DNA of 64,000 nt from NCBI GenBank assembly GCA_018110905.1, contig JAGBAZ010000035.1:20767-84766 (forward strand), in the 5' to 3' direction. Below, piece by piece: positions 28,317 to 37,188 of the stretch. Numbering within the stretch: the first letter of the stretch is position 1; every line of letters starts with the position of its first letter. The position numbers were made by a program, and so were the translations under genes. This DNA is from Oscillospiraceae bacterium (GTDB lineage Bacteria > Bacillota > Clostridia > Oscillospirales > Ruminococcaceae). The notes under the pieces are model-generated. The model saw nothing but the letters and a program-made list of their open reading frames with translations. It had not been told where the DNA came from and searched no databases.

Positions 28317-29672
28317 TTACATAAAATCTTTAAAAAGGATATAATTTTCTTTTATCGCCTCTTCCAGAAGTTCCGGAGTTTTCTCCCCTTCTATAAATTC
28401 ATTTCTTCCGTTATAAAGATATCTTCGGATTTCGTCCTCGAAAGTGGTTTCAATTTCAAGGTATGCATCAAATTTCGGTGCAGAATAAAAATCATATTTT
28501 TCCTGAGTTTCGATATACGCTTTATAAAGTTCAACATACATCGGCTCCGTAAGGTTTTCTATGGCTTTCGGAAGATAATCCGAAAAAGCTTCCTCTGTTA
28601 CCGGCATATATCCGGTACTTACGGTAAAACGGGTGTTGATTTCCGGAGAAACAAGCCATTTAAGGAATTCCACCGCCGCGGCTTCTCTTTCCGGAGTTGA
28701 TTTTACGGTACACATTCCCGCTCCGCGCTGCATTACAAGATTTGTTCCGTTTTCAAAAACCGGAACAGGACGCACTATCATTTCGATTTTTTCGCTTGTA
28801 TTGTCCGGATAGATAACCTCATCGGAAAAATAAAGAACGCTTGCGGAAGAAGCAACACTTACAATGGATTCGCCCGTGCGAAGAGGTTCGGTTGCATATC
28901 CTCCATAAAGCCACACTCCGCCTGAAAGGCAGGCTTTTGCATAAGGTTTCCAGACATTTTCAAAGGTTTCATCAAAAGCGATTTTTTCGTTTTCAAAGAA
29001 ATCTCCGCCAAGGGATTCTGTTCCCACCTGGAAATAGTTAAAATGGAAATCATGTACAAAAAGAGTTTTTCCGTCATTTTGAGTTTCCGGAGTCTGTAAA
29101 TCCGTCCATTCCGCATAGGCTGCTGCAGTTTCATAAAGGCCTTCCCAAGTATAAAGGTCTTCGATTTTTGCTCCGGTGCTTTCGGAAAAACGGTCAAAAG
29201 CGGTTTTGTTCACAAACAAAAGCTCGGTGGATTTTGCAACCGGAAGGCACACAAGCCTTCCTTCAACTTCGCCGTCTTCAACAAACGAAGGAATGAATTT
29301 TTCAATTTCCTCTTCGGAAAAACAATCCCGGTAATCGACAAGAATGTTTTCGTCCGCCATTGCCATAACGGTGCTTGGGTATGCCACAAAAATATCCGGA
29401 AATTCCGGCGCGCCGGGTTCATTGTTTGAAGCGGCAAGAATATCTTTGTGGATATTCTTGTTGTTGGAAACCATCGTAACTTCAACGCGGATTCCTTTTT
29501 CTTTTCCAACGGTTTCGTTGAATTCGCCGATAAGGTCATTAAGAGGAGAATCCGTTTGGGCGCCGTAAACATGCCAAATCGAAATTGTTACGGGTTGTTT
29601 TTCCTTTTCTTTTGTTCCGCAGGCAGAAAAAACAAGGCATATTGCCGCAAGAATAAGAACAAATTTTTTCAT
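28317..29672 (-). CDS. ABC-type extracellular solute-binding lipoprotein (family 1), no cognate permease nearby
   Basis: Start at ATG 29672 (MKKFVLILAAICLVFSACG, lipobox). Sugar-binding-protein-like. Immediately upstream of, and co-oriented with, the LuxR-type regulator. Confidence 0.82.
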   Translation of the reverse strand: MKKFVLILAAICLVFSACGTKEKEKQPVTISIWHVYGAQTDSPLNDLIGEFNETVGKEKGIRVEVTMVSNNKNIHKDILAASNNEPGAPEFPDIFVAYPSTVMAMADENILVDYRDCFSEEEIEKFIPSFVEDGEVEGRLVCLPVAKSTELLFVNKTAFDRFSESTGAKIEDLYTWEGLYETAAAYAEWTDLQTPETQNDGKTLFVHDFHFNYFQVGTESLGGDFFENEKIAFDETFENVWKPYAKACLSGGVWLYGGYATEPLRTGESIVSVASSASVLYFSDEVIYPDNTSEKIEMIVRPVPVFENGTNLVMQRGAGMCTVKSTPEREAAAVEFLKWLVSPEINTRFTVSTGYMPVTEEAFSDYLPKAIENLTEPMYVELYKAYIETQEKYDFYSAPKFDAYLEIETTFEDEIRRYLYNGRNEFIEGEKTPELLEEAIKENYILFKDFM

Positions 29673-29778
29673 GAATTCTCCCTCATTTCTCTTAAAATAT
29701 ATAATCAAATTATGTATTTTTGCCGTTTTCACTTTACGAAAAAGTTTTAATGTGCTATTCTTCAAATCAGAGGATCTT

Positions 29779-29787
29779 TGGTATAAT
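29779..29787 (+). promoter_or_regulatory. extended -10 promoter element upstream of the second LuxR-type gene
   Basis: tgGTATAAT (TGnTATAAT) at 29779-29787, about 120 nt upstream of ATG 29910. Confidence 0.4.
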
Positions 29788-29793
29788 TATATA

Positions 29794-29882
29794 CCTACAC
29801 CATTTTTTTGTCGACACACAATTCGGTTTAAAAAGTGTAGTATTTATTATTTTTTGTCAAAAAGTGTAGGTTTTTGGTGTAG
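29794..29882. repeat. four copies of a GTGTAG-core motif in the divergent regulatory region
   Basis: aaaaagtgtag at 29830-29840 and 29859-29869 (identical 11-mers), ggtgtag at 29876-29882, and an inverted copy cctacacc at 29794-29801. Confidence 0.5.
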
Positions 29883-29909
29883 TAAAACCCAAAAACAGGG
29901 AGGTTTGGC

Positions 29910-30965
29910 ATGAAAAAAAACGCTATTTTTTCTATTCTGATTATGTTATCAGTGTTTGTTTTTTCCGGCTGCGGAATAATCGGTGAAAAAGCAGCAAGCA
30001 TGTCCGTGATTTACGGAACAATTGCGTTGCTTTCCCTTGTTTTACTTATTGCGTATTGCGTGCTTGTTTTCAGAAAAAAGATTTGGTTCATTTTTCTTTT
30101 CACATCTGTTTTTGTCGTAAACAGCGGATATTTTCTTCTTTCTGTTTCAAAAACTCTTGAAAATGCTCTTATGGCAAACAGGATCTCCTATCTCGGCTCA
30201 AGTTTTCTTCCTCTTATAATGCTCATAATCATTATGGATGTATGTAAAATCAATTACAAAAAATGGCACATCTTCTGCCTTGGGCTTTTAAGTTTTCTTG
30301 TTTTCCTTCTTGCGGCAAGTCCCGGAATTCTTGATGTCTATTACAAATCTGTTTCTCTTGTTGAGTTAAACGGCGTTTCGGTTCTTGAAAAAATTTATGG
30401 ACCTTTGCACAGCGTTTATCTTTTCTATCTTCTTTTCTATTTTGGAGCAATGATTTTTATGATCATTTATGCTTCCGTTGAAAAAAGGCTTCCGAAAAGA
30501 ACCCATGCGCTTATTATTGCAGGCGCGGTTTTTATAAACATCTGCATCTGGCTTTTTGAACAGCTTGTTAAAATCGATTTTGAGCTGCTTTCCGTTTCCT
30601 ACATAATCACCGAACTTTTTCTTTTGGGAATACACCTTCTTCTTCAGGAAATTGAAGAAGAAAACACTTTTAAGGAAACAAAAAGAGACATAGAAACTGA
30701 ATATATCCCAAATCCTCCGGCCCTTGAAGAAATCAAAAATAATGACGAAGAACGTGAATTTTTTGAAAAATGCCTTGCTTCGCTTACTCATACCGAAAGG
30801 TTGATTTTTGATTTTCACCTTTCCGGAATCGGCACAAAAGAAATCATGGCGGAGCTTTTCATCACTGAAAACACCATTAAATTCCATAACAAAAACATTT
30901 ACCGAAAGTTCGGCGTTTCCTCTAAAAAACAGCTTATCGAACTTTGCAGAAAATATAAATATTGA
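29910..30965 (+). CDS. polytopic-membrane LuxR/GerE-family transcriptional regulator
   Basis: About 7 TM segments followed by a LuxR-type HTH (THTERLIFDFHLSGIGTKEIMAELFITENTIKFHNKNIYRKFGV). GGGAGG RBS. Confidence 0.78.
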   Translation: MKKNAIFSILIMLSVFVFSGCGIIGEKAASMSVIYGTIALLSLVLLIAYCVLVFRKKIWFIFLFTSVFVVNSGYFLLSVSKTLENALMANRISYLGSSFLPLIMLIIIMDVCKINYKKWHIFCLGLLSFLVFLLAASPGILDVYYKSVSLVELNGVSVLEKIYGPLHSVYLFYLLFYFGAMIFMIIYASVEKRLPKRTHALIIAGAVFINICIWLFEQLVKIDFELLSVSYIITELFLLGIHLLLQEIEEENTFKETKRDIETEYIPNPPALEEIKNNDEEREFFEKCLASLTHTERLIFDFHLSGIGTKEIMAELFITENTIKFHNKNIYRKFGVSSKKQLIELCRKYKY

Positions 30966-30974
30966 TTCTTTTAA

Positions 30975-31010
30975 AAAAAACCTTGAAACTTTTCAGTTTC
31001 AAGGTTTTTT
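30975..31010. terminator. terminator hairpin after the LuxR-type gene (copy A of a duplicated palindrome)
   Basis: Arms aaaaaaccttgaaac/gtttcaaggtttttt with loop ttttca. Confidence 0.7.
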
Positions 31011-31068
31011 TGTATACTGCACTTATATCTGAACATTATCAAGAGCGTTTGTGCGGCTGTCAGCACAA

Positions 31069-31174
31069 TTAATGTCTTATCAGTCAGACCTCTTGATTGC
31101 GCCGAAAGCATAAACCCCTCAAAAGCCTCGGAAATGCTTTCGTTATGCGCTTTTTTCATCATAATTCTTGCCAT
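31069..31174 (-). pseudogene. N-terminal fragment of a tyrosine recombinase/integrase (SAM-like core-binding segment only)
   Basis: MARIMMKKAHNESISEAFEGFMLSAQSRGLTDKTL resembles the start of phage-type integrases (..F..FL......GLS.KTI). Similarity is lost after ~35 aa and there is no catalytic domain. Confidence 0.35.
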
Positions 31175-32789
31175 AACTGTACCTCTTGAATGCTCTGAAT
31201 TTGGTACAAAATTCAAGCGCTGTAAAAGGTCTGTTTTTTGGCAATAAAAAAACCTTGAAACCGCATAGTTTCAAGGTTTTTTCGATATTTGGTGGAGCAG
31301 TTATCTGCAAAGATGAACACTCCCCAAAATCGCAGTTTTCCGCATCAAATGCCGCTTCAATATCATCAAACGGTATGTTCTCTATGTTTAATGGTTTTTT
31401 ACTGGCATTGATAATCAATGTAAAATATCCATCATACAAATAAATCGAGTGAACAAATATATTGATAATCGCCCTGCGTTTGTTTAAATCGTTTAGAGGC
31501 ATTTCACAAATATAATCAAGAAAAGCCAGAATTTGTGCTTCAGACAGACAAACTTTTTTATTGTTTTCAATGGCAAGCCGTTCCTCTAATTCTGCTTTTT
31601 CTGCCTGACGTTTATGAAGACGTTCTGTCAGCATTTCAACTGCTTGTCCTTTTTCAATTCCTTTCCAAAGATTCTCAATTGCTAAATCAACTTCTTTCAG
31701 AGCATTTTTGATTTCTTTTACGGAAATATTATCTGGATTTTTGCTGCATTCTTCTGCAATTTTCTCGGCTATATACTGAATTTTATCCTCCGTAAGCATT
31801 TTAAGACACTCTTTTACTATTCGATCTTCAATATATTCTTTTTTAATCATTTTCTTATCACATTGTTTTTTGCGTGCTTTCCTACACATATAATAATGAT
31901 ATTGTTTTCCGGATTTTCCGGTACCACCGTATCCTACCATCATTTCTTTGCAATATCCGCAAAAAAGTTTTGTAGTCAAAAGATATTCATTCTCTCCTCT
32001 TGTGCGTGCAGGAACAACTTTATTTTTGTTTAGAATATCCTGAACTTTATAAAATAAATCATCGTCCACTATTCTTGGCATTCCCCCCGGAGTTTCCATA
32101 TCTTTATACATATAAACTCCTATATAACGCTTATTTTCAAGTAAATGACTTAAGCTATTATATGTAAATACATTCCCAAGTGAAGTTTTAATTTTTCTTT
32201 GCTGCAAATCCTTTACTATCTCTGCCTTTGTTTCTCCTCTTGCATAACGTTCAAATATTTCACGAACGATTTTTGCTCCTTCTTCATCAACGGAAAAAGT
32301 TCTGTCTTTATTAACTTTAAAGCCAAGCCCCGGATTGCTTCCGTTAGATAAACATTTTTCGGCATTAATCAGCATGCCTCTGTGTATCTTCTGTGCAAGT
32401 TCCGCAGAATAATATTCTGCCATACTTTCAAGAACGCCCTCTATCAAAATTCCCGAAGCGTCATCGGTGATGTTCTCCCTTGCTGAAAGAACACGCACAC
32501 CGTTTTTCTTTAGCTTTGCTTTATAAATCGCACTGTCGTATCTGTTACGGGCAAAGCGGTCAAGCTGATAAACAAGTACGCCCTGAAAAGTATGTTTTTC
32601 ACTGTCTGCGATCATCTTTTGAAAGTCTGTACGATTATCAAACTTTCCGCTTTGAGCACGGTCTATATATTCACCGACAACCGTATATCCCATCCTTTCA
32701 GCGTAGGTATAACATTCTTTCAGCTGGCCTTCTATTGACTGTTCCGTCTGGCTGTGGCTCGAAAATCTGGCATAAATTACAACATTCAT
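31143..32789 (-). CDS. large serine recombinase (resolvase/invertase N-domain, recombinase domain, zinc ribbon, coiled coil)
   Basis: MNVVIYARFSSHSQTEQSIEGQ (catalytic Ser region), a Cys-rich zinc-ribbon segment CGYCKEMM...YYMCRKARKKQCDKK, and a coiled coil. The last ~45 codons read through palindrome copy B and into the integrase fragment. Confidence 0.88.
   Translation of the reverse strand: MNVVIYARFSSHSQTEQSIEGQLKECYTYAERMGYTVVGEYIDRAQSGKFDNRTDFQKMIADSEKHTFQGVLVYQLDRFARNRYDSAIYKAKLKKNGVRVLSARENITDDASGILIEGVLESMAEYYSAELAQKIHRGMLINAEKCLSNGSNPGLGFKVNKDRTFSVDEEGAKIVREIFERYARGETKAEIVKDLQQRKIKTSLGNVFTYNSLSHLLENKRYIGVYMYKDMETPGGMPRIVDDDLFYKVQDILNKNKVVPARTRGENEYLLTTKLFCGYCKEMMVGYGGTGKSGKQYHYYMCRKARKKQCDKKMIKKEYIEDRIVKECLKMLTEDKIQYIAEKIAEECSKNPDNISVKEIKNALKEVDLAIENLWKGIEKGQAVEMLTERLHKRQAEKAELEERLAIENNKKVCLSEAQILAFLDYICEMPLNDLNKRRAIINIFVHSIYLYDGYFTLIINASKKPLNIENIPFDDIEAAFDAENCDFGECSSLQITAPPNIEKTLKLCGFKVFLLPKNRPFTALEFCTKFRAFKRYSYGKNYDEKSA
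31247..31282. repeat. copy B of the 15-bp-arm palindrome, lying inside the 3' end of the serine recombinase ORF
   Basis: Same arms aaaaaaccttgaaac/gtttcaaggtttttt as 30975-31010, with a different 6-nt loop (cgcata). Confidence 0.6.
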
Positions 32790-32817
32790 ATATTTGACCT
32801 CCTTTTTATACCTGGTA

Positions 32818-32853
32818 ATATTTTACTTGAATTTTTTTCTTTTGGCGAATGTG
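32818..32853 (-). promoter_or_regulatory. promoter-like element CACATTCGCCAAA-N15-TAAAATAT upstream of the serine recombinase gene
   Basis: Minus strand reads CACATTCGCCAAAAGAAAAAAATTCAAGTAAAATAT. There are 18 nt between TTCGCC and TAAAAT. A second copy with the same architecture lies at 44280-44315. Confidence 0.45.
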
Positions 32854-32882
32854 CAGAGTTTGATTTTTCTGGCATATAAAAA

Positions 32883-32910
32883 CAACCCGTGTTCAAATGA
32901 ATACGGGTTG
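32883..32910. terminator. terminator hairpin after the SIR2 gene
   Basis: caacccgt/acgggttg arms flanked by A-runs and T-runs. Confidence 0.6.
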
Positions 32911-32946
32911 TTTTTAATTCGTAACTTGTATTAACCTAAATATATA

Positions 32947-35910
32947 TTAGCAAAAATACTCAACCAAAATTTTTGACAATCTTTTCTCATCAGTAGCCTT
33001 CATTCGTTCATTCATTAAAACATTACTAATATTTGAACGTATTTTGTTTCTTACGAAGGCATTCTTCAAAATTGATATGAGCACTGGTTTAGTAAAGAAC
33101 AACAACCAAGAAACATCAAATTTAGAAAAATCAAATTTATTGTACAAATAGAAAAAGTCAAACAGATTACTCTTACCTAAAAAACAAGAAAAGTTTTCCT
33201 TTTTAAGATTTCCCAAAAAGCACCAGTATGCCACTTGGTTCAATTCTTCATAACAATCTATCGGAGGAAACACTTGTATCGATTTTTTGCTTTGTTTGTT
33301 TTCAATTTGCTGATAAAGGAACATTTGCAATTTATTAATAACATCATCATTAATTTTTGCATTGTAGCCAATCAGTAAAGACAATAGCTGAAAATCGAAA
33401 TTCTTTTCCAAAGATTTTTTGGCCAGAGCAATGACTTTAGCTCGTTGATAAAAAGAAACATAGTTAATATAGTATTTTGCTACGTGATTTAACATAGTTG
33501 TGTCCTTCAGTTTAATTATTTTTGATACACGCAACGAAAGTCGTTTGGAATGGAACTCTTTTTCTGGTGAAATATACTGAACCAAATTATAATAGTTAAT
33601 GCCACTTGTCGCTGAAAAGACTTCAAACTTTCTCCCTTTTTCAATGGACTTTATGTGCATATCAATATAATCAATCAAAGCATCTTCCACTATTTTTCTT
33701 GTAAAACAACTATATTTTCTCTTTTTGTACAGTTGTTTATCTAAGAATAAAATTTTATCATCTATTAAAATGTCTCTAAAATCATATGAAAAGATGAATT
33801 TACACACCTTATCCACTATTTCTTGTGGAATGTCAATATATCTTAGAAGCGTTAAGCATTTCTTAATTTTTACTTGATATTCAATTTTCTCAAAAACACT
33901 ATTCGATTTCAAAACAACTTTCTCATAATACTCTATTAAATTATTAATTGCTTGACAAATTTTATCCATATTTTCGAATTCTATCGTATCTATATCATAT
34001 TTTTTAAAAAGTTTTATCATCGAATCGCTATTAAAATATTCAATAAAACAATAAAAATCTATGTCATCAAAAACAACTTTTCCTGAAGAAAACTTCAAAA
34101 AATCTTCTCCCGCAAGTTTCTTTTTTTCTTGTTCTGAATATTTATAAATTAGTAAACTCATCAGATTGCTTACCGTCTTCCTAAATTCTTCATATGAATC
34201 CAGAAACAACCCATTAGCCACAAGAAAATTTAAGTATTCATTAATTCTACATACAGCTTTTCCGCCACTTGATAATCCAAATTCTAATGAATTCGATTCT
34301 ATGGCGTTTTGTAATTTTTGTCCATCTACAAAAGCATTATATGAATATTTATACAGTAATGAGGATGAATTTAAATCTTTTAAGCTATCATACTTATTTT
34401 TAAATTCCACAGGAAGTCCATCAAAAAGTTTTCTTATTTGTTCTTCACTTAATGCGCTTTTTTCTATTTCTTTCAAATTAAAGCATCCATAGTACTGATC
34501 AGCATGTTTTATCGCATTACAAAGATTATTGCAATTCACTTGTGCCAGGTAATAAAGCAAATAATTTTTTTCTTTAAATGCATCTTTTGCTACTTTCAAG
34601 AACAAAAAATATGCCTCTTCAAACCTCATTAATCTTGTCAAATAATACGCTTTTTTATACAATTCAAATTTATTTGTTGTTTTTATCTTACAATAGCTAT
34701 CCATTTTCATATAATTAAAGCTCGTGCAATATAAATCAGCAAATTCGCAAGTCCCATCAATTTTAATAAAAGATTTATCAAATTCAATATTTGTAATTCC
34801 TGCTTTTAAAAATACTGTGGAAATAATTTCATACTTTTCTAAAACACTTTTTTCTATTTTTTCTCGTTCTTCTCTCTGAAGGCTGCTTATTTCTATGAAT
34901 TTTTTTAATACATTTTCGTTATATGGCAATGGAGATATTACACCATCATCACGAATATAAACATATTTTCCTATTTTTTCACGAATATCCTGTATCCTTA
35001 ACGCTCTTAATTGGTTTAATGGCCTTAAAAACTCACAAATAATTTCAAAAGCCTCTACATCACTTTTACCGTCAAACGAATACATGGAATAAGAATTAAT
35101 TGCCTGCAATACACTTATATATCTATCTATGTACGGCGTATCTTTATTAAAACCCTTTATAAAGTTTTTACATTCAATTACTTTCAGCCCTTTTGATTCG
35201 TGGTATAATAATGTTTCTTTACTTAATTCATCACTATCGGTATAAATGAAAATAGGCTCGTTAAATTGGTCCTTTAACAAAGTTTTTGCCCAATTTAATA
35301 CAAGTTTTATGTTATAGTCATTCAATCCATATCCAATAAATACTACTGTATTCATTGAAAAAACTGCTTTTAATACTGTTTCAATCAATTTAAAATTTTC
35401 ACTATAATTAAGGTAATCTTCTTCTTTTAAAACAATATTTTTGTGTTTTAAATCCCCATGTAATTTAAGAATATATTTATCACCATTAATTGATGATATT
35501 TCAGAATCACACGCAATTGATTTAAAGCTCTGAGCATTTTGAATTGCAGCTTCTTCGAGCAATTCATCAAAATTTGTTGTTACAAATGAACATGGATTAA
35601 ACCGCAATAACATCTTATGTATATCGTTGGGTAACAGTTTTACCTTTTTTAAACTTTTAGAGACAAAAGAATAATATTTTTTGTTATCTTGATTTATTGA
35701 ATAGTAATACATTTGAGGTATACGTAAACATTCATCAGACGTATATTTGCCTTTTGGTGTATCACCTAATTCCAAACACATAGAATCAATAAGATCAGAC
35801 CATTTAGGTGCACCAGAAACCGCAGATACCCCTGCGCCTACAAAAAAAGTCAAAGAATTATTTTGGGCCGCTTCTGTAATTCGTTTAAAAATTTCTTCGT
35901 ACATTTTCAT
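32947..35910 (-). CDS. SIR2-family (SIR2_2-type) protein with a ~700-aa helical C-terminal region; DSR1/DSR2-like defence architecture
   Basis: N-terminal LTFFVGAGVSAVSGAPKWSDL, TTNFDELLE, LKLHGDL (catalytic His context), VVFIGYGLNDYN. The rest is K/N/I/Y/F-rich and helical. The gene is strongly AT-rich. Confidence 0.78.
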   Translation of the reverse strand: MKMYEEIFKRITEAAQNNSLTFFVGAGVSAVSGAPKWSDLIDSMCLELGDTPKGKYTSDECLRIPQMYYYSINQDNKKYYSFVSKSLKKVKLLPNDIHKMLLRFNPCSFVTTNFDELLEEAAIQNAQSFKSIACDSEISSINGDKYILKLHGDLKHKNIVLKEEDYLNYSENFKLIETVLKAVFSMNTVVFIGYGLNDYNIKLVLNWAKTLLKDQFNEPIFIYTDSDELSKETLLYHESKGLKVIECKNFIKGFNKDTPYIDRYISVLQAINSYSMYSFDGKSDVEAFEIICEFLRPLNQLRALRIQDIREKIGKYVYIRDDGVISPLPYNENVLKKFIEISSLQREEREKIEKSVLEKYEIISTVFLKAGITNIEFDKSFIKIDGTCEFADLYCTSFNYMKMDSYCKIKTTNKFELYKKAYYLTRLMRFEEAYFLFLKVAKDAFKEKNYLLYYLAQVNCNNLCNAIKHADQYYGCFNLKEIEKSALSEEQIRKLFDGLPVEFKNKYDSLKDLNSSSLLYKYSYNAFVDGQKLQNAIESNSLEFGLSSGGKAVCRINEYLNFLVANGLFLDSYEEFRKTVSNLMSLLIYKYSEQEKKKLAGEDFLKFSSGKVVFDDIDFYCFIEYFNSDSMIKLFKKYDIDTIEFENMDKICQAINNLIEYYEKVVLKSNSVFEKIEYQVKIKKCLTLLRYIDIPQEIVDKVCKFIFSYDFRDILIDDKILFLDKQLYKKRKYSCFTRKIVEDALIDYIDMHIKSIEKGRKFEVFSATSGINYYNLVQYISPEKEFHSKRLSLRVSKIIKLKDTTMLNHVAKYYINYVSFYQRAKVIALAKKSLEKNFDFQLLSLLIGYNAKINDDVINKLQMFLYQQIENKQSKKSIQVFPPIDCYEELNQVAYWCFLGNLKKENFSCFLGKSNLFDFFYLYNKFDFSKFDVSWLLFFTKPVLISILKNAFVRNKIRSNISNVLMNERMKATDEKRLSKILVEYFC

Positions 35911-36000
35911 CCCCCATTTTAAAAAACTATTGTTTCAGTTGCGATTAAAGTGTTTTCTAATAAACCAATTATTCCATTAAAAGTATACATCTTCACTTAT

Positions 36001-36028
36001 ATTATAACAACTGACTTTTTATTTGTAA
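36001..36028 (-). promoter_or_regulatory. sigma-A-like promoter for the SIR2 gene
   Basis: Minus strand has TTACAA, a 16-nt spacer, then TGtTATAAT (extended -10), about 90 nt upstream of ATG 35910. Confidence 0.5.
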
Positions 36029-36067
36029 CAGCTTTCTATAAAATTTTCTCACGGCAAGTTATAGACC

Positions 36068-36095
36068 CCCCTGCAAATCTTTCGATTTGCAGGGG
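36068..36095. terminator. 12-bp stem hairpin downstream of the 64-aa gene
   Basis: cccctgcaaatc-tttc-gatttgcagggg. The T-rich tract is on the plus strand only. Confidence 0.45.
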
Positions 36096-36112
36096 CTTTC
36101 TTTTGTCCTTTT

Positions 36113-36307
36113 TTATGTCGGATGTACTAACTCAAGTTTCTTTTCTCCGTTATATTCCGGATGAGCACCGAGCCAATGCTCGAAATATTCTTTGCCTTTG
36201 TCCGTGCTATAAAAGCTTCGGATTTCCGGCACAAGCGACTTTGCATAGAGGTCAAAAAGCTCTTTTTCAATTTCAATTTTCTGATAAATATTTCTTTCAT
36301 ACTCCAT
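36113..36307 (-). CDS. hypothetical small protein (64 aa)
   Basis: Follows the ParB-like gene after a 9-nt gap, same strand. No motif recognised. Confidence 0.4.
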   Translation of the reverse strand: MEYERNIYQKIEIEKELFDLYAKSLVPEIRSFYSTDKGKEYFEHWLGAHPEYNGEKKLELVHPT

Positions 36308-36316
36308 GCTTTCACC

Positions 36317-37183
36317 TCACCGTTCTCGCTCTTTCTGCTTGATGAGATGTTTTGCGTAGTATTCGCAGGCCTTGAGCACGAAGTCTTCGAGCTGTTTGCG
36401 GCTTCCTTTAGGAACATATTTTTCTATTTTTGCAACCGGAACTTTGAACATTTCCCGCTGGTTTGCCTTTTCTTCGGACATGATTTTCTGTATTTCTTCG
36501 GAAGTGAGCTTGCCTTCCTGCGAAAGTTTTTTCATGCGGTTCGCCTGTGAAAGGGAAGGAGTGCAGTCATTGAGCACCACATGCTCAAGCAAAGTTCTCT
36601 GTTCCTGCTCGGTCAGAAATGAAAGTTCAACAGCCGGAGTGAAAGCGATTTTTCCTTCGTCCACAAGTATCAGGAGTTCGCCGATAAGCTGGGTAAGGCG
36701 GATATATCTGCGTATCTGTTCTCTGCTTTCGCTGTTTTGTTCGCCTACCATTTCATTTGTACGGAACTTCGACCCAACTTGTGTCGAAGTTAGGTCAGAG
36801 CGGTAACCCTGCCGGTTCATAGCTTCCAGCTTCATTTTGTAGGCGAATGCTTTTTCCGAAGGAAGAACATGTTCCCGGAAAAGGTTGCTGTCCACCAGCA
36901 TAACAATAGCGTCTTCACGGCTGATGTCATAAACTATCACCGGAACTTCTTTAAGCCCAAGCCGCCTTGCGGCAAAAAGTCTGCGGTGCCCGGATATTAT
37001 CTCGTATTCTCCTTCCGCGTTTTCCAAAGGACGAACCAACAGTGGCATGGCGATGCCTTGCTCACTTATGCTTTCTTCAAGGCTTTCCATATCCGCATCG
37101 TCCCGGACTTTGTATGGGTTGCCTTCAAAAGGGTGAAGTTTCGTTATCTCAATGTTCTCTATAAATCTTTCTGTATTTTTCAT
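36317..37183 (-). CDS. ParB/Sulfiredoxin-domain (ParB-like nuclease) protein
   Basis: GNPYKVRDDADMESLEESISEQGIAMPLLVRP...YEIISGHRRLFAARRLG is the ParB N-terminal domain signature. Confidence 0.82.
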   Translation of the reverse strand: MKNTERFIENIEITKLHPFEGNPYKVRDDADMESLEESISEQGIAMPLLVRPLENAEGEYEIISGHRRLFAARRLGLKEVPVIVYDISREDAIVMLVDSNLFREHVLPSEKAFAYKMKLEAMNRQGYRSDLTSTQVGSKFRTNEMVGEQNSESREQIRRYIRLTQLIGELLILVDEGKIAFTPAVELSFLTEQEQRTLLEHVVLNDCTPSLSQANRMKKLSQEGKLTSEEIQKIMSEEKANQREMFKVPVAKIEKYVPKGSRKQLEDFVLKACEYYAKHLIKQKERER

Positions 37184-37188
37184 GTATA

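Noticed and set aside
30971-31216. 81-aa ORF from the track as a genuine gene.
   Set aside because: Only residues ~15-50 resemble an integrase N-terminus. The remainder runs through a terminator palindrome. It is treated as a pseudogene fragment.
32947-35910. SIR2 gene as part of Thoeris, SIR2-HerA or a short pAgo system.
   Set aside because: No TIR-domain (ThsB), HerA-like ATPase or Argonaute gene is adjacent. The protein is far longer than ThsA and has no recognisable SLOG-like C-terminus. It has its own promoter and terminator.
36127-36550. Overlapping ORFs 36127-36417 (-) and 36161-36550 (+) across the ParB-gene 3' end.
   Set aside because: They overlap the well-supported ParB-like and 64-aa genes in other frames and have no RBS or motifs.
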